A stretch of DNA of 61,177 nucleotides, the filler included. It is 4 parts of 4 records of this genome, joined end to end, with 100 filler letters (N's around TTAATTAATTAA, not from the genome) between each part and the next. Parts side by side here need not be neighbours in the genome. Positions count along the whole stretch, not along the records: positions 16,207 to 32,808 come from SRR31156797_3506; positions 32,909 to 47,154 come from SRR31156797_3510; 2 more parts are not named here. One strand, given 5' to 3'. The notes beneath the pieces were generated by a model that saw nothing but the letters and a program-made list of their open reading frames with translations, did no database searches and was not told where the DNA came from. Of this stretch, positions 28,709-39,154 are shown in pieces. The stretch's first letter is position 1; every line of letters starts with the position of its first letter. The translations under genes and the position numbers were made by a program.

Positions 28709-29857
28709 ATGGAAATCACAAAATTTGCAGTCCCGGAAATAATATTTGGGCGCGGCAGCTTAAATTACGCTGGACTCTGTGCCCGCAGGCTGGGTGCGAG
28801 AAAGGTCTTTCTTGTCAGCGATGAAGGCATTGAAAATGCTGGTTGGCTGCAACGGTTGATGGATATTCTCGAAAAAGAAGGCATAGAGTGGGTCTATTAT
28901 CCGGGGGTAACTTCTAATCCGCGCGATTACCAGGTTGAGCAGGGAGCCGAATTATATCGAAAAAACGGCACCGATGTTATTATCGCCATCGGTGGCGGAA
29001 GCCCGATGGACACAGCCAAGGGGATTGCCATTCTAGCAAGTAACGGTGGCAAAATAAGAGATTATGAGGGGGCCAACAAGGTTGAGCGTCCTTTGCCGCC
29101 CATGGTGTTGATCACCACCACTGCTGGCAGTGGTTCTGATGTCTCACAGTTTTGCATTATTACCGATGTTGAACGTGAAGTGAAAATGTCGATCATAACT
29201 CGCACGCTGGTTCCCAATATTTCCATTGTTGACCCACTGATTCTGCGGACAAAGAGCGAAACGCTTATCGTGCAGTCTGCCGCAGATGCCATGGCGCATG
29301 CCATTGAAGCCTACCTTTCTCGCATCGCCTCACCCTTTACAGAAATGCATTCTTTAAAGGCCGTGGAGCTGATTTTTAAAAATCTTCATCACGCGGTTGA
29401 GACCCGGTCACTTGACGCCTTGGAACAACTCAGTTCCGCAGCAGTGTCTGCATCCATGGCGTTTAGTAATGCTGGCTTAGGGGCAGAGCACGCTTTGGCT
29501 CATTCTCTTGGGGGTCATTTTGATATGAGCCATGGTGTTATTCATCCGATATTGTTAACTGAGGTTATGCGGTTTAACCTCAAGTATAATATCCAAAAAA
29601 TGGCTGATATTGGGCGTATTGTTATGGGCAGGCAGAAAGGTTCCGATCTCGATACCGCCCTTGGAGGGATTGACAAGCTTGATGAGTTCTTTGCTTCTCT
29701 CAATGTTTCGCAGCGCATGCGCGAGATAATTGGCGAAGATAAAAAACAGGATATGGAAGCACTGTGTAAAATGGCTGTTAAAGATGCCTGTAACCTGACC
29801 AATCCTGGACCTGCGTCCTGGCGGGATTTTCTTAAAATTTGCGAGGAGGTGTGGTAA
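28709..29857 (+). CDS. Iron-containing alcohol dehydrogenase-like protein, ErcA-type (probably regulatory)
   Basis: KFAVPEIIFGRGS N-terminus as in ErcA; GGGSPMD, TTAGSGSD, metal ligands DAMAH, EHALAH, SHG; stop overlaps the kinase start (TAATG). Start moved to ATG 28709 after AGGA. Confidence 0.8.
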   Translation: MEITKFAVPEIIFGRGSLNYAGLCARRLGARKVFLVSDEGIENAGWLQRLMDILEKEGIEWVYYPGVTSNPRDYQVEQGAELYRKNGTDVIIAIGGGSPMDTAKGIAILASNGGKIRDYEGANKVERPLPPMVLITTTAGSGSDVSQFCIITDVEREVKMSIITRTLVPNISIVDPLILRTKSETLIVQSAADAMAHAIEAYLSRIASPFTEMHSLKAVELIFKNLHHAVETRSLDALEQLSSAAVSASMAFSNAGLGAEHALAHSLGGHFDMSHGVIHPILLTEVMRFNLKYNIQKMADIGRIVMGRQKGSDLDTALGGIDKLDEFFASLNVSQRMREIIGEDKKQDMEALCKMAVKDACNLTNPGPASWRDFLKICEEVW

Positions 29858-31050
29858 TGGGCTCGACAACGACACTGCATGATCTCATTGGGATTGAACA
29901 TTGTAAACAAGGATTTTACCAGGAACTGCAGCAAAAGGTAGAACTGCTAAAGACCTCTAATGTTGAATTGGATAAAAGGCGGGAGGAGATGCAGGCCGTA
30001 TTGGACGGCATCACGGATTTAATGGTCGTGCTGTCCGAAGATATGCGTATTCAGCGGATTAATCATGTTTTCAGAGAGTGGTTCAGTGATAAAGATCCTG
30101 TGGGGCAATATTGTTACGAAGTGTTCCGCGGTAATTTCACCGTCTGTGATGGCTGCCCTGCAATCAAGTCGTTGGACAGAAGTGAGATTGTTAAGGATCT
30201 GGCTATATTTAAAGTAAGGGGAAAGTTTAAACAGTTTGAAATTATTGCTTCTCCCCTTAAAAGCGAACCGACCGGGGAGCGGCAGGTCCTTCTCTTTAAA
30301 AGAGACGTGACCTTGGAAAAGGAATTTCAGGCGCAGTTTTATCAGGCAGAGAAAATGGCTACAGTGGGAACGCTTGCAGCTGGTGTTGCCCATGAGATAA
30401 ATAATCCCCTGGCAGCTATCAGTGGTTTTGCCGAAGGGCTGAAACGCCGCTTTAGAAAGATGGAAGAGCAGCTTGACCAGCAAGTGACAAGCGATTTTAC
30501 TGAATATGCTAACACCATCATCAGTGAGTGTGATCGATGTAGGGACATCGTACAAACACTCCTTACCTTCAGCAGGCCAATGGCATCAAGTTTGCGGCCG
30601 GTTGATGTTAATCATTGCGTGACTGATACGTTATTTATTCTTCAGCATCACTTAAAGGATCGGCATAACTTGTCGCTTAAACCGGATCTGGGAGAAAACC
30701 TTCCTTTTATTATGGGCGATGAGTCACAGTTAAAACAGGTAATTATCAACTTGTTGACCAATGCTTTTGACGCCACCGTTGATGGTGGAAGTATTATTGT
30801 TGAAACCAAATTGAATGAAGCTGGTGGGGTAGAACTTATTGTTGAAGACACCGGATACGGTATCTCCCCTGATGCCGTTGATAAGTTATTTGAGCCTTTT
30901 TTCACCACTAAGCCCGTAGGTCAGGGGATTGGTATAGGGCTCTCTACCTGTTATTCCATTGTTAAAAATCATCATGGTGAAATTTCGGTGAGCAGTGTTG
31001 AAGGTGAAGGCACTTCGTTTCTCGTAACACTTCCAGGGATAAAAGCATGA
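29857..31050 (+). CDS. Cytoplasmic PAS sensor histidine kinase (NtrB/ErcS-like)
   Basis: PAS with CYEVFRG...CDGCP; H-box AGVAHEINNPL; QVIINLLTNA; EPFFTTK; GIGIGLS; no TM; GGAGG RBS before ATG 29857. Confidence 0.9.
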   Translation: MGSTTTLHDLIGIEHCKQGFYQELQQKVELLKTSNVELDKRREEMQAVLDGITDLMVVLSEDMRIQRINHVFREWFSDKDPVGQYCYEVFRGNFTVCDGCPAIKSLDRSEIVKDLAIFKVRGKFKQFEIIASPLKSEPTGERQVLLFKRDVTLEKEFQAQFYQAEKMATVGTLAAGVAHEINNPLAAISGFAEGLKRRFRKMEEQLDQQVTSDFTEYANTIISECDRCRDIVQTLLTFSRPMASSLRPVDVNHCVTDTLFILQHHLKDRHNLSLKPDLGENLPFIMGDESQLKQVIINLLTNAFDATVDGGSIIVETKLNEAGGVELIVEDTGYGISPDAVDKLFEPFFTTKPVGQGIGIGLSTCYSIVKNHHGEISVSSVEGEGTSFLVTLPGIKA

Positions 31051-32384
31051 TGTCGCAAGATAAATACGCGGTCCTCGTCATTGACGACGAAGAACCTCTC
31101 CGTCGACTTTTACAAAAGGAATTAAGTGAAGGCAATCGGGAGGTATTTATTGCGGAGAACGCGCAGCAGGCAATGCAGCTGATAAATGAACTTTATTTTT
31201 CTGTAATAGTCATGGACCTGCGCCTGCCAGATGTGGAAGGACTTGAGTTGCTGGTTAAGCTCAAGGAAAGCCTGACCAATACAGAAATTATCATGATCAC
31301 CGGACATGGTGATGTGGATACTGCAGTTGATGCCATGAAACTTGGCGCATATGATTTTATTCGCAAACCGTTTAATTTGGAACGACTAGACCTGTTAGTG
31401 GCAAAAGCCCACCAACAGGTGGTACTGAAACGGGAAAATGCGATTCTTCGACAACAGACCAGCGGTGAAAATGATGTTGCATTTATTGGTAATTCAAAAA
31501 TAATAAATGAAATCATGTTTCTGGTAAATAAAGTTGCCCCAGCATCGATTCCCGTGTTGATTACCGGAGAATCAGGGGTAGGGAAAGATGTCGTTGCCCG
31601 CCTGATTCACATGAGGTCCAACTGTTGTGCCAATCAGATAATTATTAAAAATTGCGCCTCATTGCAGAAAGAACTCGCGCGCAGCGAGTTGTTTGGTCAT
31701 GTGAAAGGGGCCTTTACCGGTGCTGATGACACCCGTGACGGGCTGCTGGCATTTGCTGACGAGAGCACCCTGTTTCTTGACGAAATTGGCGAATTACCCA
31801 TGGAGGTGCAGGCATCGTTGCTGCGCGCATTGGAAACCCAGACCTATCGGCGAGTTGGTGAAAAAGAAGAAAGAAAGGTCAATATTCGTTTCCTTTTTGC
31901 AACCAACCGTCATTTAGCGGAAGAAGTGGAAAAAGGGCGGTTCAATGAGGCCTTTTTCCACAGGATTAATGCATTTCACATTCACGTCCCCCGCCTTGCG
32001 AAACGCAAGGAAGATCTTCCCCTACTAGTTGACTACTTCCTCAGCATCTTAAGCGCCGACGGTATTCAATATAGAGTGATTGAAAGTGCCATGGCCTGTG
32101 TGCTGCGGTATAATTGGCCAGGAAATGTGAGGGAATTGCGTAACGTGTTGGAGCGTGCAATGATACTGGCAGAGAATGGAATTATCACAGAGCGCTGCTT
32201 GCCCCGTGAGCTTGTTGAACAATCAGAAAACGGTGATGATGTTTTTACCCTTCAAACTGTAGAAAAGCAGCATATTCTAAAAATGCTGGATGTTTTTGAG
32301 GGGAACCGTCAAAAAACAGCCGAAACACTGGGGATTAGCAGGAAAACCCTCTATCGTAAATTGCTTAACTATACTGGTAGTTAA
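31047..32384 (+). CDS. Sigma54-dependent response regulator (NtrC family)
   Basis: REC (MDLRLP), GESGVGKD, GAFTGA, FLDEIGE, WPGNVREL, Fis-type HTH. Confidence 0.95.
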   Translation: MMSQDKYAVLVIDDEEPLRRLLQKELSEGNREVFIAENAQQAMQLINELYFSVIVMDLRLPDVEGLELLVKLKESLTNTEIIMITGHGDVDTAVDAMKLGAYDFIRKPFNLERLDLLVAKAHQQVVLKRENAILRQQTSGENDVAFIGNSKIINEIMFLVNKVAPASIPVLITGESGVGKDVVARLIHMRSNCCANQIIIKNCASLQKELARSELFGHVKGAFTGADDTRDGLLAFADESTLFLDEIGELPMEVQASLLRALETQTYRRVGEKEERKVNIRFLFATNRHLAEEVEKGRFNEAFFHRINAFHIHVPRLAKRKEDLPLLVDYFLSILSADGIQYRVIESAMACVLRYNWPGNVRELRNVLERAMILAENGIITERCLPRELVEQSENGDDVFTLQTVEKQHILKMLDVFEGNRQKTAETLGISRKTLYRKLLNYTGS

Positions 32385-32464
32385 ACCTGTCATCGGAAGC
32401 ATGATCATGGTTTCCTTTCTTTATTTTCTTTATACTACTCACATTGAGTAGGAACTTATTGCTG

Positions 32465-32495
32465 AAAAAATCGCCCGACCGGGCGATTTTTTTTT
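32465..32495 (+). terminator. Rho-independent (bidirectional-type) terminator
   Basis: AAAAAATCGCCCG-AC-CGGGCGATTTTTTTTT after the regulator stop. Confidence 0.85.
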
Positions 32496-32521
32496 GCTGA
32501 TATCCTTTGCTTATTTCTCCT

Positions 32522-32563
32522 GGTCATTTTGACGCAAACTTATTTTTCCATGGGTCATTTTGG
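32522..32563 (+). promoter_or_regulatory. Tandem upstream activator sites (putative)
   Basis: GGTCATTTTG at 32522 and 32553 (31 bp apart), 160-190 bp upstream of the sigma54 promoter. Confidence 0.6.
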
Positions 32564-32712
32564 TCTCTCGTTTGTAGTAATTTGAAATCATTAGGTTTTT
32601 TTGGGTTAATGCAGTGGCAGGTTACGGCTTGCCGTCTTGCTGGTGGCAGGATTGTCCTTTTGTGAAAAATGCAATTTGTCATAACCTCCCGTAATCATGT
32701 GTTTTTAAAGTT

Positions 32713-32728
32713 TGGCACGGTGGTTGCT
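32713..32728 (+). promoter_or_regulatory. Sigma54 (-24/-12) promoter
   Basis: TGGCACG-GTGG-TTGCT, exact consensus and spacing; RBS-like GAGAGGAAGG at the contig end, with the target gene missing. Confidence 0.85.
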
Positions 32729-32808
32729 TTAAAGAGGGGGTATGCAAAAGTTTTTGGATCCAAACCAACGTGAAAATGTATTTCATCAACTCAGATTGAG
32801 AGGAAGGT

Positions 32809-32908
32809 NNNNNNNNNNNNNNNNNNNNNNNNNNNNNNNNNNNNNNNNNNNNTTAATTAATTAANNNNNNNNNNNNNNNNNNNNNNNNNNNNNNNNNNNN
32901 NNNNNNNN
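32809..32908. other. Artificial contig linker
   Basis: 44 N + TTAATTAATTAA + 44 N. Confidence 0.98.
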
Positions 32909-33550
32909 ATATGGTATTCGCAGAATATTAAAATGGTAAACAGCAAAGTTGAAGCGCCTAAAATGTTTCGCGAAATTGATGGCCTTTATTTGAAAAATGT
33001 AAAACTAACCGATGCAGCTGAAACCTGTTGGAATTGCCGCGATTTGGAATTTCATAATGTAGAAGTCCGCAAAGGAGATTATATTTTTATGAACAGCGTC
33101 AATATAGAAATCGACGATTTTAAATTACAGGGAAATTATTCGTTTCAGGATGCTAAAAATGTAGTAATCCGCAATGCTTATCTCGACTCGAAAGATGCGT
33201 TCTGGAAAACAGAAAATGTTACTGTTTACGACTCGGTAATTATTGGTGAATACTTAGGATGGCACTCAAAAAACCTGCGACTGGTAAACTGCAAAATTGG
33301 TGGCGAACAGCCTCTTTGTTATGCAACAAATCTAATACTCGAAAATTGTGAGTTTATGGACGATTGCGATCTGGCGTTTGAATACAGCAGCGTAAATGCC
33401 GAAGTAAACAGTCATATTGTAAGTGTAAAAAATCCTCTGGAAGGTACAATCAGGGCGCAAAGTATTGGCCAAATTATTATGGATGAAAATGCCAGGAAAC
33501 CGGGAGCTTGTAAAATTGTAGTTGCTGAGGAGGTGAATCAATCGGTATGA
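32909..33550 (+). CDS. DUF3737 family beta-helix protein, 5'-truncated
   Basis: Frame open from the contig start ([21 protein letters not shown]); [34 protein letters not shown]. Confidence 0.85.
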   Translation: MWYSQNIKMVNSKVEAPKMFREIDGLYLKNVKLTDAAETCWNCRDLEFHNVEVRKGDYIFMNSVNIEIDDFKLQGNYSFQDAKNVVIRNAYLDSKDAFWKTENVTVYDSVIIGEYLGWHSKNLRLVNCKIGGEQPLCYATNLILENCEFMDDCDLAFEYSSVNAEVNSHIVSVKNPLEGTIRAQSIGQIIMDENARKPGACKIVVAEEVNQSV

Positions 33551-34713
33551 AATACAATTTTGACCAATTAATACCCCGCCGAAAAAGTAATTCCTACAAA
33601 TGGGACTCATCAGAAAATGAAGAGATACTTCCCATGTGGGTTGCAGATATGGATTTCCGGACTGCGCAACCCATAATCGATGCATTGGCAAAAAGAGTGC
33701 AGCATGGAATTTTTGGTTATACAAAAGTCCCGCCGGCTTATTTCGATGCGGTTACTTCCTGGTTTTCCCGACGGCATAATTTCAATCTCGATAAAGAAGG
33801 GCTGCTTTTTACAACAGGTGTGGTTCCTGCGCTATCGGCAATTATTATGGCGCTGACAAAGCCCGGGAACAAAGTAATTGTGCAGGGACCTGTTTACAAC
33901 TGCTTTTTTTCTTCCATACGAAACAATGAATGTAATTTGGTTTCAAACGACCTGTTATATCAAAACGGTGAATATCGAATTGATTTTAACGATTTAGAGG
34001 AAAAAGCAAAAGATCCGGAAGCTAAACTGTTACTGCTTTGTAATCCACATAATCCGGTGGGCAGAGTTTGGACCCGGGAAGAACTCATTCAAATTGGAGA
34101 AATATGTATCCGAAATAATGTGCTGGTCGTTTCCGATGAAATTCACTGCGATTTGGTTTATCCAGAACACACACACATACCTTTTGCATCCATTAGCGAG
34201 GAGTTTTTGAATCATTCAATTACCTGTTCTGCGCCTAGTAAAACGTTTAATCTGGCAGGTGTACATGTTGCAAATATTCTGGCAGCAGATGAGGAAATCA
34301 GAATGAAAATCGACAAAGCTTTAAATATCAATGAAGTTTGTGAAATAAGCCCCTTTGCAATAGAAGCACTCATTGCAGCCTATAACGAAGGAGAAGAATG
34401 GTTGGAGCAATTGAAGGAATATTTGTTTGAAAATTATAATTATTTGCTCAGTTATTTTCATGAAAATCTTCCTCAGTTAACGATTTTGCCGCTGGAAGCT
34501 ACATATCTGGTTTGGATTGATGTGACCGCACTAAACCAATCGTCGGAAAGTATAACGAAAACCTTGCTGGAGAAAGAAAACCTGTTATTAAATGAAGGTC
34601 CTATATACGGCAATGCCGGCGAAGGTTTTATCAGGATTAATATTGCCTGCCCGCGGCAGCTGCTGGAAAAAGGACTTTCAAAAATTAAAAACACGTTAGG
34701 TAATTTGGTATAA
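33547..34713 (+). CDS. MalY/PatB-family PLP-dependent C-S lyase / aminotransferase
   Basis: [49 protein letters not shown]. Confidence 0.92.
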   Translation: MKYNFDQLIPRRKSNSYKWDSSENEEILPMWVADMDFRTAQPIIDALAKRVQHGIFGYTKVPPAYFDAVTSWFSRRHNFNLDKEGLLFTTGVVPALSAIIMALTKPGNKVIVQGPVYNCFFSSIRNNECNLVSNDLLYQNGEYRIDFNDLEEKAKDPEAKLLLLCNPHNPVGRVWTREELIQIGEICIRNNVLVVSDEIHCDLVYPEHTHIPFASISEEFLNHSITCSAPSKTFNLAGVHVANILAADEEIRMKIDKALNINEVCEISPFAIEALIAAYNEGEEWLEQLKEYLFENYNYLLSYFHENLPQLTILPLEATYLVWIDVTALNQSSESITKTLLEKENLLLNEGPIYGNAGEGFIRINIACPRQLLEKGLSKIKNTLGNLV

Positions 34714-34720
34714 AAGCAAA

Positions 34721-35641
34721 ATGAATAGTAAAAAACTGCATATTGTAATTGCGTATTTCTTAATCTATGTGGTGTGGGGATCAACCTATTATTATATTGG
34801 AGTAGCACTTCAGGATTTTCCACCTTTTTTGCTTGGTGCTATACGATTTTCAGCAGCCGGATTACTATTGCTTATCTGGTGTTTATTTAAGGGCGAAAAT
34901 GTTTTTAAAAAGAGCCTGATCAAAAAATCGGCAGTAAGCGGACTTGTATTATTATTTATCGATATGGCTGTAATAATGCTGGCTCAGCAGTATGTTAGCA
35001 GCAGTCTTGTGGCGATTATAGCATCATCAACAGCTATTTGGATTATGGCACTGGATTTTCCAATGTGGTCAAAAAATTTCAAAAATCCGCTGGCAATTGC
35101 AGGGATTTTTGTAGGATTTATGGGAGTTGCCATGTTATATGTCGAACAATATATGAGTGAGGATATTCAGGGATTAAGTGAACGCGGAATTCTTATCCTT
35201 ATTTTTGGATGTATTTCGTGGGCTTTGGGAACATTATATACCAAATATTTTTCATCAGGAGAAGAATCGACGTATTCATTTTCGGGCTCGGCCTGGCAAA
35301 TGTTTTTTGCCTCTGCCATGTTTTGGGTATTTTCAATTTTTCGTGGCGAACCAACTTCAATTAATTGGGAAAGTATATCGTATTCTTCGTGGTTTTCGTT
35401 GATATATTTAATATTGTTTGGTTCCATTCTGGCTTATACTGCATACATCTGGTTACTGAAAGAGCGCCCTGCAACCGAGGTCGGAACGCACGCTTATGTA
35501 AACCCGGTGATTGCCATTCTCTTTGGTGTGTTGCTGGGGAAGGAGCATGTAACATGGATGCAGATTGCCGGACTAGTCATAATTTTACTCAGTGTTACCC
35601 TTGCGCAATATAAATTAAAACCGGCTGTTTCCAGTTCATAA
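34721..35641 (+). CDS. EamA/DMT-family transporter (YedA-like)
   Basis: IYVVWGSTY, PPFLLGAIRF, YLILFGSILAY, HAYVNPVIA; about 10 TM. Confidence 0.9.
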   Translation: MNSKKLHIVIAYFLIYVVWGSTYYYIGVALQDFPPFLLGAIRFSAAGLLLLIWCLFKGENVFKKSLIKKSAVSGLVLLFIDMAVIMLAQQYVSSSLVAIIASSTAIWIMALDFPMWSKNFKNPLAIAGIFVGFMGVAMLYVEQYMSEDIQGLSERGILILIFGCISWALGTLYTKYFSSGEESTYSFSGSAWQMFFASAMFWVFSIFRGEPTSINWESISYSSWFSLIYLILFGSILAYTAYIWLLKERPATEVGTHAYVNPVIAILFGVLLGKEHVTWMQIAGLVIILLSVTLAQYKLKPAVSSS

Positions 35642-35644
35642 AAT

Positions 35645-36946
35645 ATGGCCGATAATATTACTCCAATAAGCAGCCGTGAGCGGATTGATTACCTCGATGT
35701 GGTGCGGGGCATTGCCATTTTAGGCATCCTGATTGCTAATATCGGATGGTTTTCTTTATATGCCAAAGAGTTGCAGGGGCAGTTTCATTTTAAGGTAATT
35801 GACCGAACAGTGGTTTTCTTGCAATACATGTTTATTGAAGGGAAATTTTATTCCATTTTTAGTGTGCTATTCGGATGGGGAATTGCTATTCAAATAAATA
35901 AATTTGCAGACAACGATATTGGTGCATCAAGATTTTTACGGCGAAGGTTGTTCTTTTTGCTTCTACTGGGAGCGATTCATATGCTTTTTATCTGGGAAGG
36001 CGATATTGTATTTTTTTATGCCCTTGTTGGATTTGTACTGGTTGCTTTACGCCGGTTTTCAAACAAAACATTGTTGGTTACAGGTATTATTCTGATACTG
36101 TCGCCCATACTTCTTTATTACCTTAAAATGAAATTTCCGGTGCTAAACGCTCCGGTTGAACTTTTGAAAAAATGGGGAGAACAGATATACCAATTCAGGG
36201 GGTGGGTGAGCCAGGACGAAAGCCGAACCACTGTTTTACGTGAAAGTAAAAGTTTGTTTACCAACTTTTGGATAACTTTTGGCGATGCTCCCTATCGTTT
36301 CGCCTATGTATTTTTTACCAGCCGGTTATCAAAAATTTTTGGGGCGGTACTTATTGGCTTTGTTATCGGACGAAGTCAAATCTATCCTGCAATTTTAAAA
36401 CACAAAGGCAAACTGATTGGCTGGAGTATTTTTATCCTAATTATTTCGCTGCCAATTAATTATTTGGTGGCACAGCACATGTTCGATACTGATCCTTATT
36501 ATGCGTTAACTACACAAGGTTTATTGTCGACAGCAGTTTATGCTTTGGGAGTCTTTCCTCTCGCCCTGGTTTATATGATCTTTTTTGCATTAATTTTTGA
36601 AAAGAAAAAATTACGAAAGGTTTTTCTTTTAATTTCTCCGGGAGGAAAAATGGCTTTTACCAATTATATTTTCCAAAGTATTATTGGGATTGTACTTTTT
36701 TATACCATTGGCTTTGGATTAATGGAGAAATTCGGACCACTGATATTAACCCTTTTTGGCATTGTTATTTTTGTTTTTCAGATTATTTACAGCACCATTT
36801 GGCTAAGGTATTTTCGTTTTGGGCCGCTTGAATGGCTTTGGCGTAGCCTTACTTATGCAAAAATACAACCACTTAAAAAACACCGCAATTCTTCGATTAT
36901 TAAAAAGGAACAGAATTTTTATGAAGAAAAAAGAAAGATAGTTTAG
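35645..36946 (+). CDS. DUF418 (YeiB-like) membrane protein
   Basis: RIDYLDVVRGIAILGIL, GKFYSIFS, WEGDI, GKMAFTNY, FRFGPLEWLWRSLTY. Confidence 0.9.
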   Translation: MADNITPISSRERIDYLDVVRGIAILGILIANIGWFSLYAKELQGQFHFKVIDRTVVFLQYMFIEGKFYSIFSVLFGWGIAIQINKFADNDIGASRFLRRRLFFLLLLGAIHMLFIWEGDIVFFYALVGFVLVALRRFSNKTLLVTGIILILSPILLYYLKMKFPVLNAPVELLKKWGEQIYQFRGWVSQDESRTTVLRESKSLFTNFWITFGDAPYRFAYVFFTSRLSKIFGAVLIGFVIGRSQIYPAILKHKGKLIGWSIFILIISLPINYLVAQHMFDTDPYYALTTQGLLSTAVYALGVFPLALVYMIFFALIFEKKKLRKVFLLISPGGKMAFTNYIFQSIIGIVLFYTIGFGLMEKFGPLILTLFGIVIFVFQIIYSTIWLRYFRFGPLEWLWRSLTYAKIQPLKKHRNSSIIKKEQNFYEEKRKIV

Positions 36947-37099
36947 CCCGTTAATTTCGTTAATCTTAATTATCTAATCTGTTTTTTATTGTCAGTTCAA
37001 CTTCAATGCAATTGTTTGAAAATCTTAATTATCTGATTGATGATTATTATATGTAATTGTAAATAAACAAATAATTTTGTTTCGTATTTTTTATATTAA

Positions 37100-37690
37100 A
37101 TGTTTGGAACAATAAACACCATGATAAAAGAGAATAAAGATATTTTTGAAAGAATGAGGGCAGGGGAGTTAATACCGTTTGATGATTCACAATATTATAA
37201 GATTTTTGAAGTCGTTACGCAAACGATGAAATTATCTGTGGAATTGAATACTTTATCCAACCAGAATGAAATAAGAAAGAAACTGTGCGAAATTACAGGC
37301 CGGAATATAGATGAAAGCATTACTGTTTTTGTTCCGTTTTATACCAATTTCGGAAGGTTTATTGAATTGGGGAAGAATGTATTTATAAACCACGACTGCA
37401 GCTTTCTTGACCTGGGAGGAATAACCATTGAAGATGACGTATTAATTGGACCGAAAGTAAGTTTAATTTCAGAAGATCATCCGCTAAATCCTGCTCAGCG
37501 AAAAATTTTAAGATTAAAGAAAGTTCATATTAAACGAAATGCCTGGATTGGTGCCGGAGCAACTATTCTGCCTGGGGTAACAGTTGGCGTAAATTCAGTG
37601 GTAGCTGCCGGAGCTGTGGTAACCAAAAATGTTCCAAACAATACAGTTGTAGGGGGTGTTCCTGCAAAAATTTTAAAAACATTAAATTAA
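37100..37690 (+). CDS. Hexapeptide-repeat sugar O-acetyltransferase (Maa/LacA-like)
   Basis: [48 protein letters not shown]. Start may be 37121. Confidence 0.9.
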   Translation: MFGTINTMIKENKDIFERMRAGELIPFDDSQYYKIFEVVTQTMKLSVELNTLSNQNEIRKKLCEITGRNIDESITVFVPFYTNFGRFIELGKNVFINHDCSFLDLGGITIEDDVLIGPKVSLISEDHPLNPAQRKILRLKKVHIKRNAWIGAGATILPGVTVGVNSVVAAGAVVTKNVPNNTVVGGVPAKILKTLN

Positions 37691-37761
37691 AAATAGCGTA
37701 AAATGGATTGCTGTTTTTACAGAATATTGAATAAAATTCAGAAAATATAAAATTATAAACA

Positions 37762-38910
37762 ATGAAAGATTTCACATATTATAATCCTACGCGGATTGAA
37801 TTTGGAAAAGGAAAAGAAGAAAAAATTGGAGATTATATTTCAGAGTATGGCATAAAAAAAGTATTAATAGTCTATGGTTCTGAACGTATCAAAAAAAGCG
37901 GATTATTTGAAACTGTTACTAATTCACTAAAAGAGAAAGGTATTGGTTTTGAAGAGCTTGGAGGTGTAGTAAGCAATCCGGTATTGAGTAAAGTTTATGA
38001 AGGTGTTGAATTGGCAAAAACCAAGGGATCGCAAGCTATTTTGGCGATTGGCGGAGGCTCGGTGCTCGATTCATCAAAAGCCATTGCTGCAGGAGCTGTT
38101 TATGAAGCCGATGTTTGGGATTTTTTTACGTTTAAAGCTGTTCCAAACCAGGCACTAAAAATATTTGATATTATGACGTTGGCGGCTACAGGAAGTGAGA
38201 TGAACAATTTTGCGGTTGTAACCAAAGAAGAAACAAAAGAAAAATTCAGTTTAGCAGGTGCAGCTACTTATCCAACCGTGTCGGTAATCAATCCAGAATT
38301 GCAGGCAACCGTTACTAATGATTATTTGGCGTATTCGGCAGCCGATATTTTTGCCCATAGTTTGGATATGTATTTGTCGGCCACATATTTACCGGAATAT
38401 ATGGCCGGTTACGTAGAAAATATTCTGAAAACTGTAATACGTACAACGGAAATACTACTGGAAGACGGAACAAATTACGCAGCACGCGGAGAATTTGCCT
38501 GGGCAGCAACGCAAGCGCTGAATTTTACAACTTTTTGCGGTGTTGAAAACAACCGGTACGATACTCATTTTATTGAACATACTTTATCGGCAGAATACAA
38601 CATCGCTCATGGTGCAGGACTTTCAATTGTTATGCCTGCCTGGATGAAATGGCAGAAAAACCTGCTTCCTGAACGATTTGAAATGTTTGCCAAAAATATG
38701 TTCAATGTGAAGGGGGCTGATGCTGGAATTGATGCCTTAAAACAGTGGTATTCAAAAATTGGTGCTCCCGTTTCATTAAAAGAAGGAAATATTCCGGAAG
38801 AAGATATTCCAACTTTAGTTGAAAAATTATTCGTTGTAGCAAAAATGTGGGGAGCCGAATCAATCTATTCAAAAGAGATGATTGCTACAGTTTTAGAAAA
38901 TGCAAAATAA
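37762..38910 (+). CDS. Iron-containing alcohol dehydrogenase (BdhA/YqhD-like)
   Basis: YNPTRIEFGKG, GGGSVLD, TLAATGSEMN, DIFAH, THFIEH, AHGAGL. Confidence 0.9.
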   Translation: MKDFTYYNPTRIEFGKGKEEKIGDYISEYGIKKVLIVYGSERIKKSGLFETVTNSLKEKGIGFEELGGVVSNPVLSKVYEGVELAKTKGSQAILAIGGGSVLDSSKAIAAGAVYEADVWDFFTFKAVPNQALKIFDIMTLAATGSEMNNFAVVTKEETKEKFSLAGAATYPTVSVINPELQATVTNDYLAYSAADIFAHSLDMYLSATYLPEYMAGYVENILKTVIRTTEILLEDGTNYAARGEFAWAATQALNFTTFCGVENNRYDTHFIEHTLSAEYNIAHGAGLSIVMPAWMKWQKNLLPERFEMFAKNMFNVKGADAGIDALKQWYSKIGAPVSLKEGNIPEEDIPTLVEKLFVVAKMWGAESIYSKEMIATVLENAK

Positions 38911-39154
38911 CAGTAATTTGCAATGTGCTTTTAGTTAGCGAATGAGATCGACTAAAATATTTTAATAAGGACAAAAATTAAACGAGAACTCTAGGCAATG
39001 TCGGGATGCAGAAGCTGGTTTAAACCTTTAACTGACGCAGAATAAAGCAATCTGGTTTAAAGTTTAACTGAATTGTTAATAAAGGAAAATTAAACTGAAT
39101 CTGTCTTGCTTTTTTGAACAGGTGATTGTTATTTTGAAATAAATCCTTATAACA

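Noticed and set aside
39015-39071. Direct repeats as a mini CRISPR array
   Set aside because: Only two imperfect copies with a 16-bp spacer, and no cas genes.
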